From Mobula hypostoma (Eukaryota), in contig NC_086097.1 in assembly GCF_963921235.1 (NCBI RefSeq), positions 34,722,001-34,786,000 on the forward strand: a stretch of DNA of 64,000 bases, written 5' to 3'. Of this stretch, positions 51,421 to 64,000 are shown in pieces; positions within the stretch are counted from its first letter, which is position 1; every line of letters starts with the position of its first letter. Position numbers and translations under genes: made by a program. The notes beneath the pieces were generated by a model that was not told where the DNA came from, did not search any database, and was given only the letters and a program-made list of their open reading frames with translations.

Positions 51421-51484
51421 CAAATAATATATTTACATTATTACTCTAATATTACTGAAATATTAAATACACAACAGTACCCCC

Positions 51485-51965
51485 ATACCTAATAAAGTGG
51501 CCACTAAGTGTACGTTCCTGGTCTTCTGCTGCAGTAGCCCATCCACTTCAAGGTTCGATGTGTTGTGCGTTCGGGGTTGCTCTTCTGCACACCACTGTTG
51601 TGACACGTTGTTATTTGAGTTCCGGCCAGCTTCAGCTAGGCTGGCCATTCTCCTCTGACCTTTCTCTTTAGCAAGGCATTTTCACCCACAGAACTGCTGT
51701 TCACTGGATGCTTTCTTTTGTTTTTCGCAATATTCCCTGTAAACGCTGGAGACTGTTGTACATAAAAATCCTAGGAGATCAGCAGATACTCAAACCTGTC
51801 TGGCACTAACAATCATTCCAAGGCTAAAGTCACCTAGATCACATTTCTTCCCCATTCTGATGTTTGGTCTGAACAACAACTGAACCTCTTGACCATGCTT
51901 TTCTGTGTTGCTGCCTCATCATTGGCTGATTAGATATTTGCATTAACGAGCAAATAACATGGCCA
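51485..51965. mobile_element. Tc1-derived non-autonomous fragment
   Basis: taataaagtggccact subterminal motif and degenerate Tc1-like sequence. Confidence 0.45.
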
Positions 51966-52799
51966 CAGATTATACTGTATATTATACAGTAACGGGGCAT
52001 AATAAATTTTCCAGTGTACCTAGTAAGTTTCTAGGGAGTACAGGGAACAGGACCAGGTGAGTATAAAGGGAGTACGATAATTCATTTGACAGGATATCTC
52101 ACAGTGAAGTTAAGAAGGAGACAGACAAATTTTCAATCATAAACTTAGTAAAACGAAGGAAATTCAATCCCTTTATAATGCTCAGGCAAAGTTTATAAAT
52201 ATTGGTCTGTGATCTCCTTTCTATATATATAGAAATAAATGAACCACATGAAAACAGTAACCAGACATGTATAAAGTTAAATTTCCAAATTTGGTTTATT
52301 TTCCTTTTAGTTGCTTTCTGATTATTCAGTATTTCCATTTTATTGGCACTGGAAGAAAACACCATACTTTATATATAGTATCATCGTCTATTGGTTTGTG
52401 AAGAATGCAGTGGATATGGGAAGCCTGTTTACAAAAGAGTTCCTTCTCCTGGTAAGTTGGCCTTTTCAACAGAGCACTGCAGTGGAAGTGAAAATGACAC
52501 AGGCCTGGAATCTTGTTGTACCCGCAAAGGTAGATTAAATGGAGAAAGGAGTACTGTACTTGAGAAGTAAATAATTTTAGAGGGACCTCATCATTTTGGG
52601 TTATTGGCATTATTCTGGGACAAGACAGGCAGAACCTCTTTAAGTTGCAGAGAAGCAAGCCTTACAGGGGGTGTAAAATACTGTTTCTGCTTGGGCAGGG
52701 GCCACTCAGGGTTTAATAAAATCTTTGAAGTGGCGTCCAGGCATGTACATAATCAGCAGAGTCCTTCATTTCTTACACTTCCAGCACCTGGGTGTTACA

Positions 52800-53550
52800 G
52801 AGACACACAGAAAGGAAACACACCGCTTTGGCCTAACTCATCGATGCTGACTATATTACCAGTAAGCCAAAACATTTGTCCATATTTGGCTTATGGTCCT
52901 CTAAACCTCTCCTATCCGTGTACTTCTCTAGGTGATTTTTAAATGTTGCCAATGTTCCCCCTCAACCACCATTTATGACAGCTCATTCAAAATACGCACC
53001 ACCCCTTGTGTGAAGAGGCTACCCATGATGTCCTTCTTAAATCTCTTGCTTCTGATCTTCAACTTATGCTCTCTTGCCTTTAGCATCTCCTTCCTAGGAA
53101 AAGACTGTGGTTTTGCTCCACCTGTGCCTCTTGTGTAGCTCCATCTGGTCACCTCTCTGTTCTTTACATTCCAGGAAATGCTAGTCTATGCAAACTCAGG
53201 CCTCCTTGTCCAGGCAACATCCTGGTAAATATTTTCTGCACTCTTTCTAGTTTAATGACTCCTTCCTATAATAGGGTGACCAAAACTGTACTCCAAGTGC
53301 AGGCTAACCAATGTCCTATATAACTGCATCATAACTTCCCAACTCCTTTGCTCAATGCCCTGACTGATGAAAGCCAGCATACCAGACACTACCTTCATCA
53401 CATTATCTACCTATAATGCCACTTCTGGTGAACTACACGTTTATACTCCTATGGCCCTGTGTTCCACAGCATTCCCCAAGGGCCCTACCATTCATTGTAG
53501 AAGTCCGACCCTGGTTTGTTCTCTCAAAATACAATGCTTCACATTCAGCT
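52800..53550 (-). mobile_element. Old CR1 LINE 3' fragment
   Basis: Resembles the other CR1 3' ends (gaccaaaactgtactccaagtg). Confidence 0.6.
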
Positions 53551-54068
53551 GGATTAATGGAGTTTGGAATGGAAGGCACAAACTTTTGTTGTTGTTCTCA
53601 TAAAGTCCCTGATTGTCACTAGTATATTACTTTACATAGAAATTGGATTGCACGGTGTTCAGAAAATGTTGGCTCTACTTTATACGGTTTCTATCCAGTT
53701 ACTAAAACTGTTAGTAAAAATGCAAAGGTATACCAGCTGTTGCAAATCTGAAATATGCAATAATCAGAATATGTCTATAGGGAAAAAGTTAAACTTGGCA
53801 TCTTTCCATATAGGTGCTTGCTGATTTGCTGAGATTTTGCCTAACCGTATACTTATATTTATTAGCAAATGTATGGCATTGCCTCTTTATACGGGAATAG
53901 TTATGAAGGTGCCAATTAGCTGCATGTAAAAAATGTATTTCTTTTCAGACACATGTAAATTTTGAAATAAGATAGTCAGTGATGAGTTGAATATTTTCAT
54001 GGCTTTGCAATCACAAATACATAAGTGATGCTTTTATAATTTAACAACCTATCTAATATCATGTACTT

Positions 54069-54150
54069 ACTGCCCATTATGCCTGCTGGAATGCCCATTA
54101 CTGCCCATTACGCCTGCTGGAATGCCCATTACTGCCCATTAAGCCTGCAG
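54069..54150 (+). repeat. 31-bp tandem repeat, ~2.6 units
   Basis: actgcccattatgcctgctggaatgcccatt repeated. Confidence 0.85.
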
Positions 54151-55688
54151 CAATGAAGGTCCTCCATATGTCTGTCCATGGCCACTCAAATGTAGAAGGA
54201 TTCTTCATTGCTGTTTCCGTAACAGCTTTGTTTTACCAGTTAGAATTGTTAGCCCTGAGCTGAACCCTTGCACCTGGAGGACCGGTAGACCACTCTTAGT
54301 CCAACCTTCACCCTTTGACGTGTTTGGCATGGGTAACCCTGCAAAGAGTGGAAGCATAAAGCCCTGACTCCAGCCGATATAGCTCTCCAGGTCACTGAGG
54401 CTGCAAGCCTCCAAACCATGACAAGGTTGTGGTCCTCTTGGAAGATCTAATTTTATCTGAGTCCACAAAACTGTACTCATCAAGTTTCAATAAATCATTT
54501 TACTCTTTAATGTGGATATGTCCATGTAAGATCCTAGGGTTGGAATATAAAGAAACTTGCTTTGCTTTTGGACAGGAATAGAAGTCTCTTAATCTTTCTG
54601 ACGCTTGAGACGAAACATATGCTTATTAGGCAATATAATTATTTGACAGGAAGTCAGTATTGCAAAGTATCAGCTGTTCACATCTGGGCTTGGGAGCATA
54701 TGATACAATGTCTATGCTACTGAGATCAGCGTGGATTCCACTGAGAATATATGTTTAACAAACAAATGATCGTGTTCTCATTACCTGTTTAATGAGCTAA
54801 ACGACTCTGGTCCAGAACATGCTACCTGCAGTCTGGTCCTCTTTCCTGGAACAGGCATAATAAAGTGGCAGATGGCAGAGACTTCCATTCCAGCTGAGAT
54901 TTGGAAACAGAGGCAGGGCAAGCTGGGTTAACGATGTATTAAATAAATCCTTTACCAAAGGTTGGTTAAAGTGAAGGCACATTTTATGAACGTAAACTGA
55001 AGCCGATTTAGGAAGTACCTCAAGTATTCTGTGTAGTTTACATTCATCTCAACCTTGCTTTTCCAGTAACAGATTAAGAGAAAGCTAAAATTAGATTTCA
55101 CAGAGCTTCACTTTCTTTGACAATATTAGGAATTGTCATATTTTTAAATACAAAACATAATAGTTCATACTGAAGAAAAATAGTTCAGCATATAGTGAAA
55201 ACTGTGCCTATATATTATATTCTGTGTGTTACCATGTGGAGACCATTACTCAATTTAAAAGTCTAACAGAGACAGACTGGAATTTTTGGCAGGCTTTCAA
55301 ATTTAATGCACAGTTAACCTGAGCAGTCACCATAACAAATGAATTTATACTCTTGGAAAGAATCATTAAGTTAATTTGATCACTACTTCTGATTCACTGA
55401 TCAGTCAGTCTTGAAGCCTGCACCCTCAAAACGTTTCAACATTTAATTATGTTCCTTTCTAACAGAGGGCGGTGGTACTGCAAAACTATTGGTGGTGATT
55501 CATGAAGTTTACAAGAACAGTTTGCATTTAGAGAAAATATATTCTGCGCCAAACTGCTTTAGCATACGTAACAAAAATATTAATCTCACTGTACATAGCT
55601 TTTATGTTTGAGAGTGTGAATAAAGTCTTTACGTAATAATGTGTAAAACATGCTCTAAGTTGATATTATGGGTTGACAAATTTTATCT

Positions 55689-55786
55689 ATTTATGGTATA
55701 ACTAATTATGGGAGCACTTGTGACAATCCTTTTGAAATATTTTCAATAGGCTAGTCACCAGCACCATAATTAGTTATACCATAAAT
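55689..55786. repeat. 98-bp hairpin with perfect 23-bp outer arms
   Basis: atttatggtataactaattatgg (55689..55711) / ccataattagttataccataaat (55764..55786), with further inner pairing. Confidence 0.85.
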
Positions 55787-58759
55787 TTACAGACTAGTCA
55801 GTATTCGTTCTGCATAAACCTACTCCCACTCCACTCCTTCTAACCTAAGTGTATAAGTTTTCCATGCTTTTCTCTCAGTTTAATTATCTAACCTTCCCAA
55901 TAATGTTTCTACATTATTTCCTTCTATTATTTCATGTGTAACAAGTTCTATTAGTAAATTGAATTATAATTTCAATGTACAGTGACCACTCAACTGTATA
56001 GTGCAATTACAATTGGATTTGATGTAGACAACTCACAGTTATGGCCCTTAATTTTTGATTCTTTGTCAATGTCATATAAAATCTCAATTTTGTAAGACCT
56101 CCATTCAGCCACTAATCAGCCTGCCCTCTTCTAAAAGATCCTGCCTGTTTAAATTTTTCTGATGGTTAAATATGATACAATAACATTTTTTGTGCAGAGA
56201 TAGATTTCTTTTCTTTTTTTTTGTCTTTGCCTTTTCTTCTCTGCCATACAGTGATGATGTATACGTGCCCCTGGCTCATGGCCATTTTGCATATTTAAGC
56301 CTTGCCGGAAAAGAAAGGATACTTAGGCTACTTAGAACAGACGACGCAGATCCAGATGAAGCATAACACAATCCTCATTCTGCTTTCATTTCCTCAGCAA
56401 GTATATTAATGAGGTCCATAAATAAAGGACAGAATGTAAGAATGAACTGGAGGAGCTTCGATAATCGTGCACAGACAATCTTCCACTCCCTGTTGGTGCT
56501 AGAAGCCTGCAGTAGCTGAAATTTTGTAGCTCAAAATGACATGGAGAATGAAGGCATTATCAATCGGGGAAACGAGACATTAAGAGTTAACATGAGGATT
56601 GTATTGTTTGATGGCTCTGGGCCTGTCCTTGCTGGAGCTCAAAATGAGAGAGGATCTTTGAAACCCATTGAGTATTGAAAGGCCCAGATACAGTGGACAC
56701 GGCCAGCATGTTTCCTATAGTGGACTAGAGGGCACAGCGTCCCAAAAGGAACCCAAAACTGCTTAATGTCTTATAAATCTCCAGACAATTTTATTAGCCC
56801 TCGATTAGGCCACTAATCAGCCTTCTCTCTTCTGAAAGATCCAGCCTGTTCAATCTTTTCTAATGGTTAAATATTTCCTTGTGCAAAGGTAGATGTACTT
56901 TCTTTTTTAGTTTGTTTCATCTTTGCTTTCTCTTGTCTGCCATATAGTGATGATATCCAAGGTATACATGCCTCTGCTGTAACCTCTGCTCACAATCTTG
57001 GTCATGGTAGTTATCTATAAATGTACAACCTTTAAAGAGTGTATCTATACCACAGCACATAAATATAACAATAACAAAAGCAAAGGCTCCCCATCAGATA
57101 TTCTAGCAGCACACACAAAATGCTGGTGAACACAGCAGGCCAGGCAGCATCTATAGGAAGAGGTACAGTCAGTATGGAAGGACTTCTGTTTAGAACCAGA
57201 GATGAGGAAGAATTTTTAAGCTAGAGGGTGGTGAATCTGTGAGATTCATTGGCTCATATGGTTGTGGAGGTCAAGTCATTGGGTGTATTTAAAGTGGAGG
57301 TTGATAGGTTCTTGATTAGCACAGGTGTCAAGGGTTACAGGAGAAAGCAGGAGAGTTAAAACGGTTGAGAGGGATAATAAATCAGTCATGTTAGAATGGT
57401 GGAGCAGACTCAATGGACAAATGGCTTAATTCTGCTCCTATATCTTATGGTCTTATGGCCTTATAATTCAGAAATCTTAAAAGTAACAATACGCTGAAAT
57501 AGAAATGCCTATGGCTGAGGAAAATTGAAGATAAACAGGCTATTCAGTTGACCAATCCCTGCTTCTCCACCATCATTAACATTCTCTCCTTGTTCCTCAC
57601 ACTTGGTAGCTTTCTGTGTGTTCTTCCTCAGTGTCACTATGCGGTTAAATTTAGCTGAGCTGGTATTTTCAGTAGGTGGTGTGAAGGAGGCTGTGTGCTG
57701 TCAAGTATAAGTTTACTAAGCTTTTCTAGGATAGAAAAGGAACAAAAAAAATAGGAGCAGGAATCAGTCTTAGTAGCCATTCAAGCCTGCTACAGCACCG
57801 CATGTAATCATGTCTAATCCTCTGTCTCAATACCTACTCCCTCTCCATACCCTTTGATAGATTTGTGTCAAAAAATCCATCCACCTCCTGCTTAACTACA
57901 TTCAATGACTGGCTTTCACAACCCTCAGTGATGTAGGCTTCTGCAGCTTCATCACTCCCTCAGTGAAGAAACTTCTCTCCATCTCAGCTCTCCATGCCTG
58001 ACCCTGAGATTGCTGGTTGTAGACTCCCAAGCTAGAGAGAACGTGCTGTCTCCACGAGGCTTGTCAAACCCTGTCATATCAATGGGATCATTCTTCTTAG
58101 CTGTAGTGGATACAGGCCTCATTAAGCCAATCTCTCCTCATATGAGAGTTCAACCATGCCAAACCTTTGTTCTGATTCCTTTTGAGCACGCTTACAGAAC
58201 AGAGGGAGAACATGCGCTAAGTAAGTGGGTCCATGACATCACTTCACATTGTGTCTATACAGCAATATGGAATCACGGGATTATACTGTACAGAAAGAGG
58301 TGGGTGGCCTTTTTAGGACTCAACCAGTCCTGTGCCTGCCCACTTACTGAAGAAACAGTAAATTAAATAAACCCTGGCATGAGACTGTGTTTATTCAACT
58401 CAAACAACTAATCGTATTGTAAAAACAAAGCCCGCTTCTTGAAAGGTAGTGATGACCTTTACACAGTGACACCTAAAACCATCAAATAGATCTTGATCCA
58501 TAGCTCTAATTTTAATAATTAGTACAAGGATGTACAGTTACCTCTGTTCCAAAAGGTCTCCCCCTCAATTTTGACGTTGTGCCCTCTAGTTCTGGATACC
58601 CCCACCATAGGAAACATCCTCTCCACATCCACCCTAGGTAGTCCTTTCAACATTCAGTAGGTTTCAATGAGGTCCCCCCTCCCCAACATTCTTCTAAATT
58701 CCAGTGAGTACAGGCCCAAAGCTGCCAAACGGTCCTTATGTAGGTGGGTGGGTGACCGA

Positions 58760-61700
58760 CCATCAGGAGAGGGAAGGGAGGGCATCAGGTAGTGGGGAGC
58801 ACCCCTGTGGCTGTCCCCCTTGACAATAAGTACTCCATTTTGAGTGCTGTTGGGGGGGGGGTGACCTACCTCGGGTACTGAGCCTGGCCCTCTGGCTCAG
58901 AAGGGTAAGAAAAGGAAGAGGAGGGCAGCAGTAATAGGGAACTCTATAGTTAGGGACACAGTAGGTGATTCTATGGATGTGTAAAAGAAACAAGGATGGT
59001 AGTTTGTCTCCCAGGTGCCAGGGTTCATGATGTTTCTGAGCGCATCCACAATGTCCTGAAATGGGAGGGTGAGCAGCCAGAGGTCGTGTATAGGAATAGA
59101 ATGAAGTGGAGGATAAATGCGTGGCTGAAGGTTTGGAGCAAGGAGGGGAGGGATTCAGATTTTTTGATCATTGGGAACTCTTCTGGGGCAGGTGCGACCT
59201 ATACAAAAAGGACGGGTTACACCTGTATCCGAGGGGGACCAATATCCTGGCAGGGAGGTTTGCTAATATTGGGGAGGTTTAAACTAGATTTACAGGAGGT
59301 GGGGAGGTTGGAGCACGAGTAGAGACAGTTTGTAGGGAGTTTGTGAGGAAGGATAGGCAGATGTTAGAGCAAGGATGCACTTAGCTTGATGGTTTGAGAT
59401 GTGTCTATTTTAATGTCAGGAGTATCGTAAACAAGGTGGATGAACTTACAGCGTGGAACTGTGACGTTGTGGCCATTACAGAGACTTGAAAGACTCAGGA
59501 GCAGGAATGACTGCTGTGTGTGCCAGGCTTTATGTGTTTCAAAAAGAACAGGGAGGGAGGCAAAGAGATGGGGGTGTGGCATTACCAATTAGGGATGGTG
59601 TCACGGCTGCAGAAGAGGAGGAAGTCATGGAAGGATAGTCTACTGAGTCAGTGTGGGTGGAAGTCAGAAACAGGAAAGGGGCAATAACCCTACTAGATTT
59701 TTTTTTACAGAATCCCCAATAGTAACAGGGATATTAAGGAGCAGATAGGGAGGCAGATTCTGGAACGGTGCAATGATAATAGGGTTGTTGTGATGGGAGA
59801 TTTTAACTTGCCTAATATAATTGGCATCCCCTTAGTGTAAGGGGTTTCGATGGGGTGGAGTGCGTTAGGTGTGTTTAGGAAGGCTTCCTGACAGAATATA
59901 TAGATAAGCCAACTAGAGTAGAACCGTACTTGATCTGGTATTGGGAAATAGAGTAGTGACCACAACTCTATCTGCTTCACCATAGTGCTGGAGAAGGATA
60001 GGAGCAGACAATTTGGGAAAACATTTAATTAGGGTGGGGAGGAAATATGATGCTATTAGGCAGGAACTTGGGAGCATAAATTGGGAGCAGATGTTCTCAG
60101 GGAAATGCACGGCAGAAATGTGGCAAATGTTCAGGAAACATTTGCATGGAGTTCTGCATAGGTGTGTTCCATTGAGGCAGGGAAAGGATGGTAGGGTTAA
60201 AGAACCATGGTGCACAAAGTATGTAGAAAATCTAGTTAAGAAGAAAAGTTTTTGAAAGGTTCAAGAAAATAGGTACTGTTAGAGCTCTAGAAAATTACAA
60301 GGTTGCTAGGAAGGAGCTTAAAAATGGAATTAGGAGAGCCAGAAGGGGCCATGAGAAGACCTTGGTGAGCAGCATTAAGGAAAACCCCAAGGCATTCTAC
60401 AAGTATGTGAAGTGCAAGAGGATGAGCGGAATGAGAATAGGACCAATCAGGTGAGATAGTGGAAACTTGTACATGGAGTCGGAGGAGGTAGTGGAGGTAA
60501 TTAATTAATAATTTGCTTCAGTATTCACCAGGGAAAAAGACCTCGGCAATTGTGGGGATGACATACAGCTGATTGAAACACTCGAGCATATAGACATTAA
60601 GAAAGAGGATGTGCTGGAGTTTTTGAAAAGCATTAAGTTAGATAAGTCACCAGGGCTGGATGATATGTACCCCAAGCTACTGTGGGAAGCAAGGGAGGAG
60701 ATTGCTGAGCCTCTGGTGATGATCTTTCCGTCATCAATAGGGACGGGAGAAGTACGGGAGGATTAGAGGGTTGCAAATGTAGTTCCCTTGTTCAAGAAAG
60801 GGAGAAGAGATAACCCAGGAAATTATAAACCAGTGAGTCTGACTTCAGTGGTGGGCAAGTTGTTGGAGAAGATCCTGAGAGGCAGGACTTAATGAGCATA
60901 AGGGGAGACATAATCTGACTATGGATAGTCAGCATGGCTTTGTCAAGGGCAGGTCATGCCTTACGAGCCTGACTGAATTCTTTGAGGATGTAACAAAACA
61001 CATGATGAAAGTAGAGCAGTGGATTTAGTGTACATGGATTTCTGTAAGGCATTTGATAAGGTTCCCCATGCAAGGCTCCTTCTGAAAGTAAGGAGGCATG
61101 GGATCCAAGGAGACTTTGTTTTATGGATCCAGAATTGGCTTGGCCACAGAAGACAAAGGGCGGTTGCAGATGTTCGTATTGTGCATGGAGGTCGGTGACC
61201 AGTGGTGTTCCGCAGGGATCTGTTCTGGGACCCCTCCTCTTTGTGAATTTTATAAACGACTTGGATGAAGTAGTAGAAGGGTGGGTTAGTAAGTTTGCTG
61301 ATGGGGATGTTGTGGATCGCCTGGAGGGTTATCAGAGTTTACAGCAGGACATTGATAGGATGCAGAATTGGGCTGGGATGTGGCAGATGGAGTTCAACCC
61401 AGATAAATGTGAAGTGGTTCATTTTGGAAGGTCCAATTTGAAGACAGAATATAATATAAATGGTAAGACTCTTGGCAGTGTGGAAGATCTGAGAGATCAT
61501 GGGGTTCGTGTCAATAGGACACTCAAAGCTGCAGCACAGGTTGACAGTGTTGTAAAGAAGGCACATGGCGTGTTGGCATTCATTAACCGTGGGATTGAGT
61601 TCAAGAGCCATGAGGTAATTTTACAGCTATATAAGACCTTGGTCAAACTCCACTTGGAGTACTGTGTTCAGTTCTGATCACCTCACTACAGGAAGGATGT

Positions 61701-62885
61701 GGATACTATAGAGAGAGTGCAGAGGAGATTTACAAGGATGTTGTCTAGATTTGAGTGTGTACCTTTTGAGAATAGGTTGAGTGTACTTGGCCTTTTCTCC
61801 TTGGAGCAATAGAGGATTTGAGATGACTGATAGAGGTGTATAAGATGATGAGGGGCATTGATTGTGTGGATAGCCAGAGGCTTTTTCCCCATGGCTGAAA
61901 TGGCTAACATAAGGGGGCATAGTTTTAAGGTGCTTGGAAATAGGTACTGAGGAGATGCAGACATCCCACCCTGCAAAAACTCATTTCAGGGAGATAGCAC
62001 CACCATTTCAGGGAGGTAGCGGCCCCGCCCCCCCCCCGCAACACCATATTCCCCCCCCCCCACCGCCGCCCCGTCGACCTCCAAGGGTGTATGTAATACT
62101 TTGTTTAGTGATTTTGTCTAATCTGTAAACCAAATTGGTTATATGCAGAAAATGTGACACTAAAATATGTACATATATTATATTATATTATCATGTTTAT
62201 TCTATTACAACTTTAAGCAAGTCTACAGGGAGTTTGGAGTCATCACGTAGGATATCAATAGAGTAGCTCCTTAGCAGCTAGCCAGCTAGTTTAAATAACA
62301 TTAGCTACGCTAATGGACGAATGACACCTGTTAAATTCACCTCAACATGTCTTTTACATTTTAACCCACCATGGGCAATAGAAAAGTCACTGTTGCAAAC
62401 AGTGCAGCGAGCAACACTGCCATTATTTTTGAGGTCGACTGTAAAGCCCGCCCACAAAGAAAACTGATAGGTCTACTTAGCACAAAGAGAGACCAATCAG
62501 GATGCTCGCTCTCGCTCTCCATCTCAAAAAAATTGATTTGCGGAATATTGTGGATAATTTCCGGGCATCAGGGAGTCACTATCAATATGCGGGAGACTCC
62601 CGGAACTTCCCGGAGAGGTGGGATGTCTGGAGATGTCAGGGGTAAGTTTTTCCACACAGAGAGTGGTGGATGCATGGAATGCACTGCTGGCGGTGGTGGT
62701 GGAAATAGATACAATAGGGTCTTGTAAGTGCCTCTTAGATAGGTAGATGGAGCTTAGAAAAGAAGAGGGCTATGCACTATGGAAATTCTAGGCAGTCTCT
62801 AGAGTAGATTGCATGGTCAGCACAACTTCGCATTTGCCAAAGGGCCTGTAATGTGCTGTAAATTGCTATGTTCTATGTTTATGTT
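58760..62885 (+). mobile_element. Long degenerate CR1 LINE (SGNH-esterase-like ORF1 remnant and ORF2), inserted in an older minus-strand CR1 (58540..58740 / 62886..63150)
   Basis: VVCLPGARVHDVSERI; SGVPQGSVLGPLLF; WQMEFNPDKCEVVHFG; (ttctatg)-type tail. Confidence 0.88.
61958..62629 (-). mobile_element. 672-bp non-autonomous TIR transposon, same family as 10293..11720
   Basis: TIR cagacatcccacc; 6-bp TSD gagatg at 61952..61957 and 62630..62635. Confidence 0.9.
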
Positions 62886-63254
62886 AACCTCTTCATTCCC
62901 GGAATCATCCTTGTGAACCTCCTCTGGACTCTCTCCAATGACAATACATTCTTTCTGAGTTACGAGGCCCAAAACTGTTAACAGTGCTCCAAGTGCGGCC
63001 TGACTAGAATCTCATAAAGGCTCAGCATTATCTCCTTGCTTTTATATTCTACTCCCCTTGAAATAAATGCCAACATTGCATTTGCCTTCTTTACCACAGA
63101 CTCAACCTGTAAATTAACCTTCTGGGAGTCTTGCACAAGGACTCCTAGGACATAAGTGCACTTTGATAATAAATTTACTTTGAATTTTGAATATTGCCAG
63201 TGTTTTATTAAGATTATTACATATTCATTTGATACAATCAAGATAACTTTACAT

Positions 63255-63490
63255 GACCAAGTCAGTGTGAACTATTTACAACATACAACTGGAAATTTAC
63301 TTACATCTTCTATCTTTAAATATGCACACAAAACTTTCTTCCAAGAAAGCCCAAAATAATCCTTTATTTTCTTGGCCAAATCAGAGTGATCTATTTACAA
63401 CATACAACAAGAACTTTACTTACATCTTCCATCTTTAAGTGTGCACACAGAGTGTTCTTCCATGAAAGCCTATAATAACCCATTATTCTT
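63255..63490. repeat. Diverged 120-bp tandem duplication
   Basis: atttacaacatacaac...tttacttacatcttc.atctttaa...gaaagcc.a.aataa.cc occurs at 63274 and 63394. Confidence 0.8.
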
Positions 63491-64000
63491 TTGTCCTAAT
63501 CTTGGAAGAATTTTTGGATCACTGATTCTTGAAACTGTAATATATTGCATTAGATATGCAGTACGGAAAGTGTCAAAAAAAAGGGCTGCAGAAACATATA
63601 ATGATGGTGTCTGATTATGCTCTACCATACAATTCATTTTAACTCCTCATACCTTTTAAGACCCCAGTGTAATCATCCTTAGCTGTCTTCTTGCAGTGAG
63701 GATGCTGGAAACATGTTACATCATGTTGCAACCTGTTGCTTTATGGAGGGGAGAGCAGAAAAAAGGTTTCAGATTAGAGAAGGCACCAAACTCCGGAATA
63801 GTGTCACGTTAATCGCTATGCTACCATGCCACCCAATGAGTTGAATGGCCTCTTTCTGTGCATAGGAAAGCATGAAATATGAGAAATAGAAACCTCAGAT
63901 TTTTAGAATAGTATCTAATAGAACAGAAACAAAATTAGCCAGACTAATTTTAGTGATGAGTAATAAACTGGACTGAATTATCAACTTGACTTTAATAGAA

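Larger units (their letters stand above)
47967..51476 (-). mobile_element. Internally deleted Gypsy-like LTR retrotransposon (LTRs 47967..48743 and 50481..51476, each interrupted)
   Basis: TG...CA LTRs sharing tgttatgttttgtaacttcaaaaac...aaata.acaaca; PBS-like tgtcgatgagg; PPT agaggag; gag 49418..50050 with two degenerate zinc knuckles; flanks gtatc/gtacc. Confidence 0.85.

Overview
Repeat-dense vertebrate DNA, most likely from a cartilaginous fish (inferred from the repeat landscape). It has one clear host gene, WDR89 (single coding exon 31636..32802, +). A CpG island at ~12030..12440 is its probable promoter/first exon. The rest is mostly nested TEs: CR1, Rex1/Babar-like, a full-length L1, Tc1, Tigger, hAT, a Gypsy LTR element and tRNA-SINEs. 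The most striking system is a young Penelope-like element (PLE) family (RT + GIY-YIG endonuclease, minimal hammerhead ribozyme in the 3' region) with seven TSD-flanked insertions. Five of them (214 bp to 3.65 kb) are tail-out inverted doublets: two 5'-truncated copies joined head-to-head, mostly by 1-2 nt microhomology, inside one 13-14 bp target-site duplication. In some doublets the two arms carry different subfamily-diagnostic variants, and the hammerhead has no room for an intramolecular helix III. Together these suggest, by inference, that two RNAs, possibly a ribozyme dimer, prime from both sides of one staggered cut. Inverted PLE ends and PLE hammerheads are known individually; the two-template evidence is the part worth testing. 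All calls were made by eye, without alignment or database searches.
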